A DNA stretch of 37,730 bases from Candidatus Bipolaricaulota bacterium. GTDB taxonomy: Bacteria > Bipolaricaulota > Bipolaricaulia > UBA7950 > UBA9294. The notes under the pieces were generated by a model. It saw nothing but the letters and a program-made list of their open reading frames with translations. It was not told the DNA's origin and ran no database searches. Each line of letters opens with the position of its first letter. The stretch's first letter is position 1. The translations under genes and the position numbers were made by a program. Positions 1 through 8,230 of the stretch are shown here, piece by piece. The DNA lies in the NCBI GenBank assembly GCA_015485945.1, contig WFSM01000027.1, positions 1 through 37,730 on the forward strand, read 5' to 3'.

Positions 1-595
1 CTGTCCCGATTCCGAGTTCACGCCGCGGATCCCATACCGGCGGACGTTGGAACAACTCCAAATTCACCCCGAACGGAAGCACGTGAATCGGACGACGCAC
101 CCCGTAGCTTAACAACGCCTCTTTCATTGGGGTGGACGGAGCGGTTATCACCGTACACCGATTGCAGAACGCCGCGGTCAGTTCCTCGGTCGTCCGTTTC
201 GGCGGCCGCAGCGGGAACGGGAGATAGTGGCGATATTCGACGAGGTGGGTATGGTACGTGTGCACGTGTGGGATGTGATACCGCAGTGCCGCACCCAGCG
301 CGACAAGGCCGAGGGAGAACGGTGTATGGCTGTGGATGATATCGAGGCGCTTGAACGTACGTGCCGCCCGCCGGTTGTAGGGAAGGGCAACGCGGCTCGC
401 AGCGTTAAACAGAAACCGCCGCGATCGGAACCGGTACACACGTTCCTCCTTATTATCCCGTGCCCCGATGTACGCGGGGACGTATACGTACACCTCATGT
501 CCCCGCCGTTCGAGCTCCTGCTTGAGCCACGATACCACGGTCGTCACCCCGCTTATCTCCGGAAGATACGCATCGGAGAACAAACCAATTCTCAT
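1..595 (-). CDS. Glycosyltransferase family 4 (GT-B fold), N-terminal part; the gene continues beyond the left window edge
   Basis: Absent from the ORF track because it is open-ended. My minus-strand translation from ATG 595-593 reads MRIGLFSDAYLPEISGVTTVVSWLKQELERRGHEVYVYVPAYIG...RLDIIHSHTPFSLGLVAL...HVHTYHTHLVEY. This is the characteristic N-terminal domain of GT4 enzymes (diacylglycerol glucosyltransferase-like). The ATG overlaps the TGA of the upstream amidohydrolase (ATGA, 592-595). Confidence 0.8.
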   Translation of the reverse strand, partial: MRIGLFSDAYLPEISGVTTVVSWLKQELERRGHEVYVYVPAYIGARDNKEERVYRFRSRRFLFNAASRVALPYNRRAARTFKRLDIIHSHTPFSLGLVALGAALRYHIPHVHTYHTHLVEYRHYLPFPLRPPKRTTEELTAAFCNRCTVITAPSTPMKEALLSYGVRRPIHVLPFGVNLELFQRPPVWDPRRELGIGT

Positions 596-2100
596 GATCT
601 CTCCTTTTTGTACACAAGCGTTCCCCCGACGAACGTCATCATGACCGTAATGTTGGAAATGCGGTTGGGGACGGCACTGGGATCGGAATCGAGCACGACA
701 ATATCGGCGTCCATTCCCGGTGCGAGCGTTCCGGTTTTGGTTTCCATCCTCGCGAGATACGCCCCGGCGGCGGTGTAGGCGCGGATTGTCGCGGCCACGG
801 GCAGGCGCTGCCCAGGGTGGGGCGCGGTTACCGCGGCATGGATCCCGTACAGCGGGGATAACGGCATGCAGTCGGACCCAAACGCAAGCGGGATATCGGC
901 GGCGAGGACGGCGCGGTGCGGATCGATGCGACGGTCACGATCGGGGCCTAACTGTGTTTCGTACATCCCGCCGTGGCCGGACCAGTTCGCCGCGAAGTTG
1001 GGCTGCATTGAGGCGCACAGGCCCAATTTCGCGGCACGCACTAGTTGACCCTCGTCGGGGAGCTCAAAGTGTTCGATGCGATGACGCAGCTCGGGGTTCG
1101 TCCCTGCTTGTGCGTGTACGCGTAGCACCTGCTCGATCGCTCGATCCCCGATCGCGTGGACCGCAGTCTGCAGTCCGGCGGCATCCGCCGTCGCGATCAG
1201 GCGGCGGAGCTCATCATCGGAGTAGATAAGGGTGCCATGTCCGCCCTCGATGTACGGTTCGCGCACCGCTGCGGTTTGAGCGCCGACAGACCCGTCGGCG
1301 AATAGCTTCACGCCACCGATGTGTACCCACTCATCCCCAAATCCAGATTCGATTCCCAATGTTCGCAGGTGATCAAGCGCGCTTACCTCCGGATACAGGA
1401 TGATGTGCAGGTCAAGTTCACCCCGCGTGCGCATGAACGGGCGCCACTCCGGGGGAGCGGCCATGGCGTGGGCGGACGTGATTCCCAGCGTGTGTGCCTG
1501 GTGGGCAGCCGCGTGCAGCGCGTCAACCATCGTCGCTTCATCGGGAGCACCGGCACGGAGCAGCACCATCATGGCATCTTCGCGCACGGTGCCGGTATGG
1601 GCATCCGCTTGATCGGAGGGGACAGATGGCGGGAGAAACTGGAGGGCAGTGGTGTTGGCGGTGAGGAGGTGTCCATCCACGCGGACGGCGATGATCGGGT
1701 TGCGGCGGGACGCACGATCAAGTTCCGCGCGGGAAAGGTAGCTGTGATCAGACCATCCACTCTCATCCCATCCCCGCCCGATCACCCATTCCCCGGGGCC
1801 GCGGGCCCGGCACGCCGTGGCGAGGGCGGCGATAACGTGCGCACGGGGCAGGCCGACGAGATCAACGCTGAACCCGATCCGCGTCAGGCCAGTATTGATC
1901 AAGTGGGTGTGCGCGTCGATGAACCCGGGTAGGACAGCGGCACCGGCGAGATCGATGACCCGCGTGCGGGCACTCGCATGTGCAATGACCTCATCCTGTT
2001 GACCGATACTAATGATCCCGTCCCGTCCAAACGCGATCGCCTCCGCGCCGGGCACCGTGGGGAATATTCCCGTGATCAGGATCGTCTCCGCCCCGTCCAT
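592..2100 (-). CDS. Amidohydrolase-3 family metal-dependent hydrolase (YtcJ-like)
   Basis: 502-aa ORF. It carries the metal-ligand motif LPGFIDAHTHL near the N-terminus, followed by HAIGDRA, IEHFE and FGSDC segments typical of the TIM-barrel amidohydrolase superfamily. The size fits the YtcJ/amidohydrolase-3 type. Confidence 0.85.
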   Translation of the reverse strand: MDGAETILITGIFPTVPGAEAIAFGRDGIISIGQQDEVIAHASARTRVIDLAGAAVLPGFIDAHTHLINTGLTRIGFSVDLVGLPRAHVIAALATACRARGPGEWVIGRGWDESGWSDHSYLSRAELDRASRRNPIIAVRVDGHLLTANTTALQFLPPSVPSDQADAHTGTVREDAMMVLLRAGAPDEATMVDALHAAAHQAHTLGITSAHAMAAPPEWRPFMRTRGELDLHIILYPEVSALDHLRTLGIESGFGDEWVHIGGVKLFADGSVGAQTAAVREPYIEGGHGTLIYSDDELRRLIATADAAGLQTAVHAIGDRAIEQVLRVHAQAGTNPELRHRIEHFELPDEGQLVRAAKLGLCASMQPNFAANWSGHGGMYETQLGPDRDRRIDPHRAVLAADIPLAFGSDCMPLSPLYGIHAAVTAPHPGQRLPVAATIRAYTAAGAYLARMETKTGTLAPGMDADIVVLDSDPSAVPNRISNITVMMTFVGGTLVYKKERS

Positions 2101-2109
2101 CGTGCCCTA

Positions 2110-2138
2110 ATTCTAGAGTAATCAGGAACCAGGAGCAA
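2110..2138 (-). promoter_or_regulatory. Sigma70-like promoter for the amidohydrolase/GT4 operon (TTGCTC-17 nt-TAGAAT)
   Basis: The minus strand reads TTGCTC (2138-2133), a 17-nt spacer, then TAGAAT (2115-2110). Only 9 nt (TAGGGCACG) separate the -10 box from ATG 2100, and there is no convincing SD. Confidence 0.4.
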
Positions 2139-2263
2139 CGGGGGATATTAAGACGGGAACGGTTTGCTGCTGATATTGTGAGGTTTGTGCCCCGGTTCAT
2201 TCCACCAGGATAGGCAGGGACAGTCAAGCACAACGCCAATGTTGCCCCTGCCGACGATGGGGA

Positions 2264-3193
2264 TCACTGCGCCTGCACTGCCGCATACAGCAGCTCCAAA
2301 AACCGCTCCCGCGATGCCTCGAGCACGACGTCGACATTTGGGGTGTTGTTAGTCACTCCGAAGTGGTCGACCACGGTCGCTCCCCGTGTGAGCTCGCTTT
2401 TTGTCTCGATCTCCACGTGAAGGCGACGGGTGACGGTTGCCACCCGGGGATCGATCGCCACCGCCATCGCGATCGGATCGGGGAGATCAAATCCCGCAAG
2501 CATCAAATGTTCGCGGCCAAAGTCGCGCAGCCGGCGTTGGATCGACACACAAAACTCACCGAGCGGGGAGACGCGCTGCAATCGATCGGCATCAGCGTCG
2601 GTGAACACCGCGTACCGTTGCGAGATATCCCATCCGACCATTGTGATCGGGATGCCTGACTCGAATACGATTTTAGCCGCCTCGGGGTCGACCCAGATGT
2701 TGTACTCCGCCGCCGGAACCACGTTTCCGTGTCCAAGGCCGATTCCCCCCATCACCACGCACCGATTGACCAGTCGGGCGATCTCCGGAGCGCGTGTGAT
2801 TGCGACCGCCACGTTGGTGAGCGGGCCGATGGTGACAAGGGTGATCTCGCCGGCGAGCCTGGTGATCGTATCGATGATTACATCGACCGCGTGTCCGGGC
2901 GCGGGCGTACGTCCGGATAGGGGCAGCCCGATGTCGCCCATCCCATCCGCGCCATGTACGAACTGCGCCGTTTCCAGCGGGCGCAGGAGCGGCTTGGCAA
3001 TCCCAGTGTACACCGGCACACCGCCGCCGCACTGTTCCACGGTGTACAAGGCGTTTTGCACGCCCTGGTTGACCGGGACGTTACCCGCCACTACGGTGAT
3101 CGCCTCCACCGCGATGTCCGGCGCGGTGAGTGCCATCACCAGAGCGACGGCGTCATCGGACGCGGTGTCAGTATCGATGATGAAGTGCCGCAT
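2264..3193 (-). CDS. Inosine/uridine-preferring nucleoside hydrolase family protein
   Basis: IIDTDTASDDAVALVMAL matches the DxDxxxDD fingerprint of IU-nucleoside hydrolases. I moved the start from 3253 to ATG 3193 (MRHFIIDTD) because GGGAGG lies 5 nt upstream and family members begin at this motif. Confidence 0.9.
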   Translation of the reverse strand: MRHFIIDTDTASDDAVALVMALTAPDIAVEAITVVAGNVPVNQGVQNALYTVEQCGGGVPVYTGIAKPLLRPLETAQFVHGADGMGDIGLPLSGRTPAPGHAVDVIIDTITRLAGEITLVTIGPLTNVAVAITRAPEIARLVNRCVVMGGIGLGHGNVVPAAEYNIWVDPEAAKIVFESGIPITMVGWDISQRYAVFTDADADRLQRVSPLGEFCVSIQRRLRDFGREHLMLAGFDLPDPIAMAVAIDPRVATVTRRLHVEIETKSELTRGATVVDHFGVTNNTPNVDVVLEASRERFLELLYAAVQAQ

Positions 3194-3296
3194 CAATCCT
3201 CCCTTTAGTGCCGCAGATGCATACAGCGTAGCGGATCGCGTCCCCGCGGGCAACCCACCTCGCCGTTGTTGTGGTCATCTGGTATCATCCTGCACC

Positions 3297-3974
3297 ATGA
3301 GAGGGGGAACCGAGTTGAAGGTTGTAATTGTATTGCTGGTGGTAGTTGTAGTTGTCGCCGGCGGTGTCGCTGCCGCCGGTTCCGCCGCTGAGGTAGTGTG
3401 GGACGCAAGCCGACCGCTGACATGGTCCGATTTTCGCGGGCTCCCGCCGCAAACACCAACTGCAGAGGCGGCGATGATCGATATGCGGATAAGTTGGCGA
3501 GTTGCGTACACTATTGTTTACGACCCGCTGCGGCGAATGTGGTCCGGAACGATTGATCAGGCCGGAGTTACGGTGGCGAACACCATGGATCCACGTGCAT
3601 CGTGGGTGCGCCCCGGGGCTGCAACCCCCGCGTTGCTCGATCACGAGCAGCACCACTTTGACCTGAACGAAGTGTACGCGCGCATGCTTGTGTCCGCCAT
3701 TACCGGGGTATCGGCATCTGGGGCGACGAAGAATGCCGTCGATGCCCACTTGCACCAGCTGATTGCCGCTGCTGGCTCCCGGGTCTTGGACGCCCTTAAA
3801 GTAATGCAGCGTGGGTATGACGATCAGACTGGGCATGGCACACATCTTGTACAGCAACGCGCGTGGGATGAGCAGATCGCGGCATGGCTTTGCACACCGG
3901 ATGCCGCTCCCGCCACCGCCGCGGATGCGCGCGCGGTTTTATCTGGTAAAATGGCGATAGGGGATCGAGGATGA
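3297..3974 (+). CDS. Membrane-anchored DUF922-like putative zinc metallopeptidase (HExxH)
   Basis: This is the 3' third of track ORF 2430..3974; the 5' part is an antisense shadow of the nucleoside hydrolase. From ATG 3297 (or TTG 3315 after GAGGGGG) there is a hydrophobic anchor VVIVLLVVVVVVAGGVAAAG. It is followed by LTWSDFRG...LLDHEQHHFDLNE, which matches my memory of DUF922/COG5661. The TGA overlaps the gltX ATG (3971-3974). Confidence 0.55.
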   Translation: MRGGTELKVVIVLLVVVVVVAGGVAAAGSAAEVVWDASRPLTWSDFRGLPPQTPTAEAAMIDMRISWRVAYTIVYDPLRRMWSGTIDQAGVTVANTMDPRASWVRPGAATPALLDHEQHHFDLNEVYARMLVSAITGVSASGATKNAVDAHLHQLIAAAGSRVLDALKVMQRGYDDQTGHGTHLVQQRAWDEQIAAWLCTPDAAPATAADARAVLSGKMAIGDRG

Positions 3975-5260
3975 TCAGAGTAAGATTCGCTCCCAGTCCG
4001 ACCGGTTATTTGCACGTTGGTGGGGCGCGTACCGCCCTGTTCAACTGGCTGTTTGCCCGTCATAACGAGGGCGTGTTCGTGTTGCGCATCGAGGACACCG
4101 ACCGCGAGCGCTCGACTGACGCGTCGATCGCCCAGATTATTGAGGCGATGCGCTGGCTCGGGCTCGACTGGGACGAGTACTACCGCCAGACTGACCGCAC
4201 CGCGATTCATCAGCAGGCCGCAGAGTCATTGCTGGAGGGAAGCCGCGCCTACGAAAAAGACGGGGCGTGGTGGTTCCGCGTCCCGACTGACGGGGAGACG
4301 GTGGTCCACGATGATCTCCTTGGGGACGTTGCATACCAGAACTCGCAGCTCAAAGACTTCGTCATCCGCCGATCCGACGGGAGTTTCGTGTACAACTTTG
4401 TGGTGGTGGTGGACGACGCCGACATGGGAATCACGCACGTAATCCGCGGTGATGATCATCTGAACAACACTCCCAAGCAGATCCTCCTTTACAATGCGCT
4501 CGGGCGGTCACTCCCGCATTTCGTCCACCTCCCGATGATCCTCGGGCCGGATCGCACTCGGCTCTCCAAACGGCACGGCGTGACGTCGGTCCTCGAGTAC
4601 CGCCAGCGCGGGTTTCTTCCCGACGCGCTCGTCAATTTTCTTGCCCGCCTCGGCTGGTCGCATGGGGACCAGGAATTTTTCACCCGCGACGAGCTGATCG
4701 AGCTATTTTCGCTTGGCCACATTGGGAAATCAGCGGCGGTGTTCGACGATGAGAAGCTGCATTGGCTGAACCAACAACACATGAAGGCCGTCGATCCAAC
4801 ACGGCTCGTGGATCTGGTGGCTCCGTTTGTGCGTGCTGAGGGCAAGATTACCGACGAGATGTGGGACAAGATCGATCGTGACCAGCTCGTTCGCGCGGTG
4901 GAGATACTCCGCCATCGCTGTAAAACTCTGGTCGATCTTGCTCGTGTCGTCGAGATTGTGTTTCCCGTTCCGCTTGATCGCGAGGAGGAGATTGAGCTGA
5001 CCGATCGCCAGCGGGAACTGATCGCAGCGTTAATCGACGTGTTTTCCGCATTGTCTGACTTCACCTCTGCGACAGTAGAGCGCGCGATGCGTGATACCCT
5101 CGCCGCCCACGGGGCAAAGCTGAAGGAAGTGGGACATGCGTGTCGGATGGCCGTAACCGGCAGGAAAGTCGGTCCGGGCCTGTTTGAGACGATCGCCCTT
5201 GTCGGGCAAGATATCACGATCGCGCGGTTGCGCGCGGTGCTTACGGGAGGAAACCGTTAA
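3971..5260 (+). CDS. gltX: Glutamyl-tRNA synthetase (compact 429-aa form)
   Basis: The N-terminus RFAPSPTGYLHVGGARTALFNWLFAR...RIEDTDRERS carries the HIGH-type motif. RLSKRHG is the KMSKS-type motif, and a C-terminal anticodon-binding helical region is present. Confidence 0.9.
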   Translation: MIRVRFAPSPTGYLHVGGARTALFNWLFARHNEGVFVLRIEDTDRERSTDASIAQIIEAMRWLGLDWDEYYRQTDRTAIHQQAAESLLEGSRAYEKDGAWWFRVPTDGETVVHDDLLGDVAYQNSQLKDFVIRRSDGSFVYNFVVVVDDADMGITHVIRGDDHLNNTPKQILLYNALGRSLPHFVHLPMILGPDRTRLSKRHGVTSVLEYRQRGFLPDALVNFLARLGWSHGDQEFFTRDELIELFSLGHIGKSAAVFDDEKLHWLNQQHMKAVDPTRLVDLVAPFVRAEGKITDEMWDKIDRDQLVRAVEILRHRCKTLVDLARVVEIVFPVPLDREEEIELTDRQRELIAALIDVFSALSDFTSATVERAMRDTLAAHGAKLKEVGHACRMAVTGRKVGPGLFETIALVGQDITIARLRAVLTGGNR

Positions 5261-6411
5261 TGAGAACCGTATTAATTACCACGTTAATCGTGGCCGTTAT
5301 CGGGGTTGTGGGGCTGTCTGCAACTGCCGATCTGCAGTATGTCAATTCCATCCTTGATCTCACGTCGTTGTTCATGCCGCAGGCGATTCAGTTGGCCTCC
5401 CCGCCGGCGAATGTCACGCTTCCGGCGGACGCATCCGGCACTCCGAGCTATGGGGTAATCCCGCTCAACAAGCAGGAGTTTCCGGCACTCATCGTGCGCG
5501 GTAAAAATACGGTGACACTGTACGTACGGCGCGAGGCCGACGCCGCGTTCACCCTGATCCCGTGGACCAACACGTTTCCCTCCGGACAACGCGTTGCCGA
5601 GTTTTCCGTGGATGTGTCGTACACGAGCGGGCGGGAACCGTACAACTTGTTCGCGATTTGGGATCCGGGATACCCGAGCGTGCTTGTGTACGCGCGTGAT
5701 TGCTACCGCGCCGGTGAGATCACTCTCAACGGAAAGACGTATAAAATCGCCGTTGTCGACGAAAATACGAACGGACGCTACGACGATCTTGCCAACGGCA
5801 CGTTGTTCATCGATGTCAACCAAGACGGGAAACTTCTCACAACGCGTGATTCAAATGAGCGGTTTACACTGTCGTCCCCGTTCAACCTTGGGGACAAGGC
5901 GGTGTACGCCGTGAAATCGGTGAGCGCGGATGGTGCTCACATTGTGATTGAAAAGAGCGCCAAATGGGTCCCGTTCAAGCCGTCGCTCGCGGTCGGCGCT
6001 GTAGCGCCCGATTTCTCGGGGACGACAAACACCGGCGCCAAGGTATCATTGTCCAAGCTCAAGGGGAAGATCGTGGTTCTTGATTTCTGGGCGAGCTGGT
6101 GTGCCCCGTGTGTCGCCGAGCTGCCGAATGTAAAAGCTCTTGCCGACCAGCACCGTGGTGATGGGCTTGTCGTTCTTGGGATTAACCTCGACCACAGCCA
6201 CGATGCGTTCACCACCGCGGTCACCCAGTACAAGCTCGATTACCCCCAGATCTACGACGGGGCCGAGGGGCAGATCGCAGATCTGTATAGGATAACGGCG
6301 ATTCCAATGACCTATCTCATCGGCAGAGATGGAAAAATCATCGCCAAGGGCCTGCGTGGTGACGCGCTGCGGCAGGCGGTGGAGAAGGCACTCGCGGCGA
6401 CCTCGGGCTAG
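5260..6411 (+). CDS. Signal-anchored TlpA/ResA-like thiol:disulfide oxidoreductase with a large N-terminal extracytoplasmic domain
   Basis: N-terminal anchor MRTVLITTLIVAVIGVVGLSA. The C-terminal thioredoxin fold contains VVLDFWASWCAPCVAELP (WCxxC) and IPMTYLIGRDGKI. The roughly 230-aa N-domain has Ca-loop-like DENTNGRYDD and DVNQDGKL. GGAGG lies 9 nt upstream, and the ATG shares a base with the gltX TAA (TAATG). Confidence 0.8.
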   Translation: MRTVLITTLIVAVIGVVGLSATADLQYVNSILDLTSLFMPQAIQLASPPANVTLPADASGTPSYGVIPLNKQEFPALIVRGKNTVTLYVRREADAAFTLIPWTNTFPSGQRVAEFSVDVSYTSGREPYNLFAIWDPGYPSVLVYARDCYRAGEITLNGKTYKIAVVDENTNGRYDDLANGTLFIDVNQDGKLLTTRDSNERFTLSSPFNLGDKAVYAVKSVSADGAHIVIEKSAKWVPFKPSLAVGAVAPDFSGTTNTGAKVSLSKLKGKIVVLDFWASWCAPCVAELPNVKALADQHRGDGLVVLGINLDHSHDAFTTAVTQYKLDYPQIYDGAEGQIADLYRITAIPMTYLIGRDGKIIAKGLRGDALRQAVEKALAATSG

Positions 6412-6422
6412 AAAGGAGCAGT

Positions 6423-7406
6423 GTGGCGAAACTGACGCTTGCGATCCTGATCATAGCAGTGATCAGTGTAACCGTGCTTAGTCAGACTCCTGTGCTTACA
6501 TTTTCCGTGGAGCCGACTACCGTATATCTCGCCCCTGGGCGGGCGGCGCAGTTCCAAGTCATTGCCACCAGTGGTGCGGCGTACACCGCCGACGACGTTG
6601 AGGTCTCGTTTACCATTCCACCCGGTCTGTCTGTGACTCCGCAGACGGGAACCATCGCCAAGATCGCTCCGTTCACGAAGGGGAAGCTGGCATTTTCCGT
6701 TACCGCCACTGCCGACCTCCCCCCCGGGAAATACACGATTACAGCCGCTGTTCTCTACACGTATTGCACAGCGACCAACTGCTTTCAGCTTGAAGATTCG
6801 TTGACCATCCCCGTACGGGTGACGGCGGAACTCACCGGCCCGGTTGCAACCACGAAGTCAGCCACGTTGCCGCCGTGGGCGCTCCCTACGCTCGGGCTCG
6901 TCCTCCTCGGGGTGGGAATCGGATTGTGGACGCGGGGAATAAAGGCACCGATCTACTTCGTGCTGCTGTTGTTCGTTATCGGTGGGTTTGTGTACGGAAT
7001 CAAGCTGAGGCAGCCGGAACAGGCGCAGGGGATAGCATCCGTTCTGTGCACATCGTGCGTAGGAATCGAGGCGGTGCAGCACGCCCCCCCCCACCTGTCG
7101 GACGCGGCGCGCGCTGCGCTGAAGCAAATCACTTCCAACATCGACCTCGTCGTGTTCTACGCACCGTGGTGTCACACATGCCCGTACGCCGAGGCAATGG
7201 TAAAGGACGTAGCGGCGATCAACCCACACGTCAAGTACACGTTCGTCGATGTAAGTGTTGACCGTGCCCGTGCCGCCCAGGCCGGAGTGATCCGCAACAA
7301 CCGCACGATCGTGCCCGCGATCATGCGCGCGGACACCGGCGCCGTGATCTTCGGGATTCGCGATCTCGAACCACGCCTGCTGCAACTGCTGGGGGTGGGG
7401 AAATGA
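6423..7406 (+). CDS. Fusion protein: signal peptide + DsbD-alpha-like Ig domain + 2 TM helices + CxxC + thioredoxin-like domain (WCxxC)
   Basis: GTG start after AAAGGAG. The N-terminal signal is followed by a beta-rich domain ending in VLYTYCTATNCFQLEDSLTIPVRV (compare E. coli DsbD-alpha [23 protein letters not shown], from memory). TM helices are LPTLGLVLLGVGIGLW and PIYFVLLLFVIGGFVYGI. After them come VLCTSCVG and DLVVFYAPWCHTCPYAEAMV. Confidence 0.6.
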   Translation: MAKLTLAILIIAVISVTVLSQTPVLTFSVEPTTVYLAPGRAAQFQVIATSGAAYTADDVEVSFTIPPGLSVTPQTGTIAKIAPFTKGKLAFSVTATADLPPGKYTITAAVLYTYCTATNCFQLEDSLTIPVRVTAELTGPVATTKSATLPPWALPTLGLVLLGVGIGLWTRGIKAPIYFVLLLFVIGGFVYGIKLRQPEQAQGIASVLCTSCVGIEAVQHAPPHLSDAARAALKQITSNIDLVVFYAPWCHTCPYAEAMVKDVAAINPHVKYTFVDVSVDRARAAQAGVIRNNRTIVPAIMRADTGAVIFGIRDLEPRLLQLLGVGK

Positions 7407-8230
7407 ACGTACGGCTGTCGTTGATGCGCCGCATCAGCCAGGGGTTTGGGCTCCTGTTGGGCCTGTTCGGATTCACCGGAATCGGAATGACGCACATCAT
7501 CTTCCCCGGACTGCACTGCTACGCGTGCCCACTTGCAGTTACCATCTGCCCGATTGGGTTGGCGCAGAATCTCGTGATCTACGGGACCGTCCCCTACTTT
7601 TGGGTGGCGACGATCGTTGCGTACGGCATCCTCGCCGGGCGCGGGTTCTGCGGCTGGTTCTGTCCGTTCGGAACGCTGAATGACCTGCTGTCGTTCCGCA
7701 AGGTGCGCATCAACGGGATCGCATCCTACTCCAAGTACGCCGTCCTCATTGGGACGATTATCGCGGCGTGGATGTTCGCCGACACGATGTTCTGCAAAGT
7801 ATGCCCGGTCGGGGGGCTGGAGGCATCGATCCCGTACCTGTTCCTCGGGGTGGCGTCGGTCAACCGCCCATTTTTGCTGCACTTGGGGGTGTTGGTGGCG
7901 GTGTTGGCGGGAATGGTGATTATCTCGCGGTTCTGGTGCCGCTACCTGTGCCCGATGGGCGCAATTTTGTCCCTGTTCAACCGGATTAGTTTTCTCCATT
8001 TGACGCTGAACCCCAACCGGTGCTCGTGGTGCGGCGACTGCGCAAAGGCGTGCCCGATGGGATTGCAACCACAAGAAGAATACGACTCGCACAACTGTAC
8101 GAAGTGCGGCGAGTGCACAACCGTCTGTACGATGGACGCCATTCAGCTTACTTTTTCGCCCCAGGTGGAACGCTCACGCCGTGTGATCCCACTATTGCTT
8201 AACCGCGAGCACGATCAGGGCGGTAGCTAG
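7403..8230 (+). CDS. NapH/NosR/NirI-type integral-membrane polyferredoxin (2x[4Fe-4S])
   Basis: Hydrophobic segments carry CYACP, CGWFCPFG, CKVCP and CRYLCPMG, the CX2-3CP motifs of the family. Two C-terminal ferredoxin motifs are CSWCGDCAKACP and CTKCGECTTVC. ATGA overlap with the preceding gene. Confidence 0.8.
   Translation: MNVRLSLMRRISQGFGLLLGLFGFTGIGMTHIIFPGLHCYACPLAVTICPIGLAQNLVIYGTVPYFWVATIVAYGILAGRGFCGWFCPFGTLNDLLSFRKVRINGIASYSKYAVLIGTIIAAWMFADTMFCKVCPVGGLEASIPYLFLGVASVNRPFLLHLGVLVAVLAGMVIISRFWCRYLCPMGAILSLFNRISFLHLTLNPNRCSWCGDCAKACPMGLQPQEEYDSHNCTKCGECTTVCTMDAIQLTFSPQVERSRRVIPLLLNREHDQGGS

Noticed and set aside
2213-2252. Hairpin GGCAGGG...CCCTGCC downstream of the nucleoside hydrolase, considered as a terminator.
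   Set aside because: The loop is 26 nt, the stem is only 7 bp, and no U-tract follows on the minus strand. This is insufficient for an intrinsic terminator call.
2430-3296. The 5' two-thirds of the 514-aa plus-strand ORF 2430..3974.
   Set aside because: It is exactly antisense to the well-supported nucleoside hydrolase gene and is Ser/Pro/Arg/Thr-rich with no motifs. This is a typical shadow ORF in GC-rich DNA. Only the part from 3297 onward (TM anchor plus HExxH domain) looks real.
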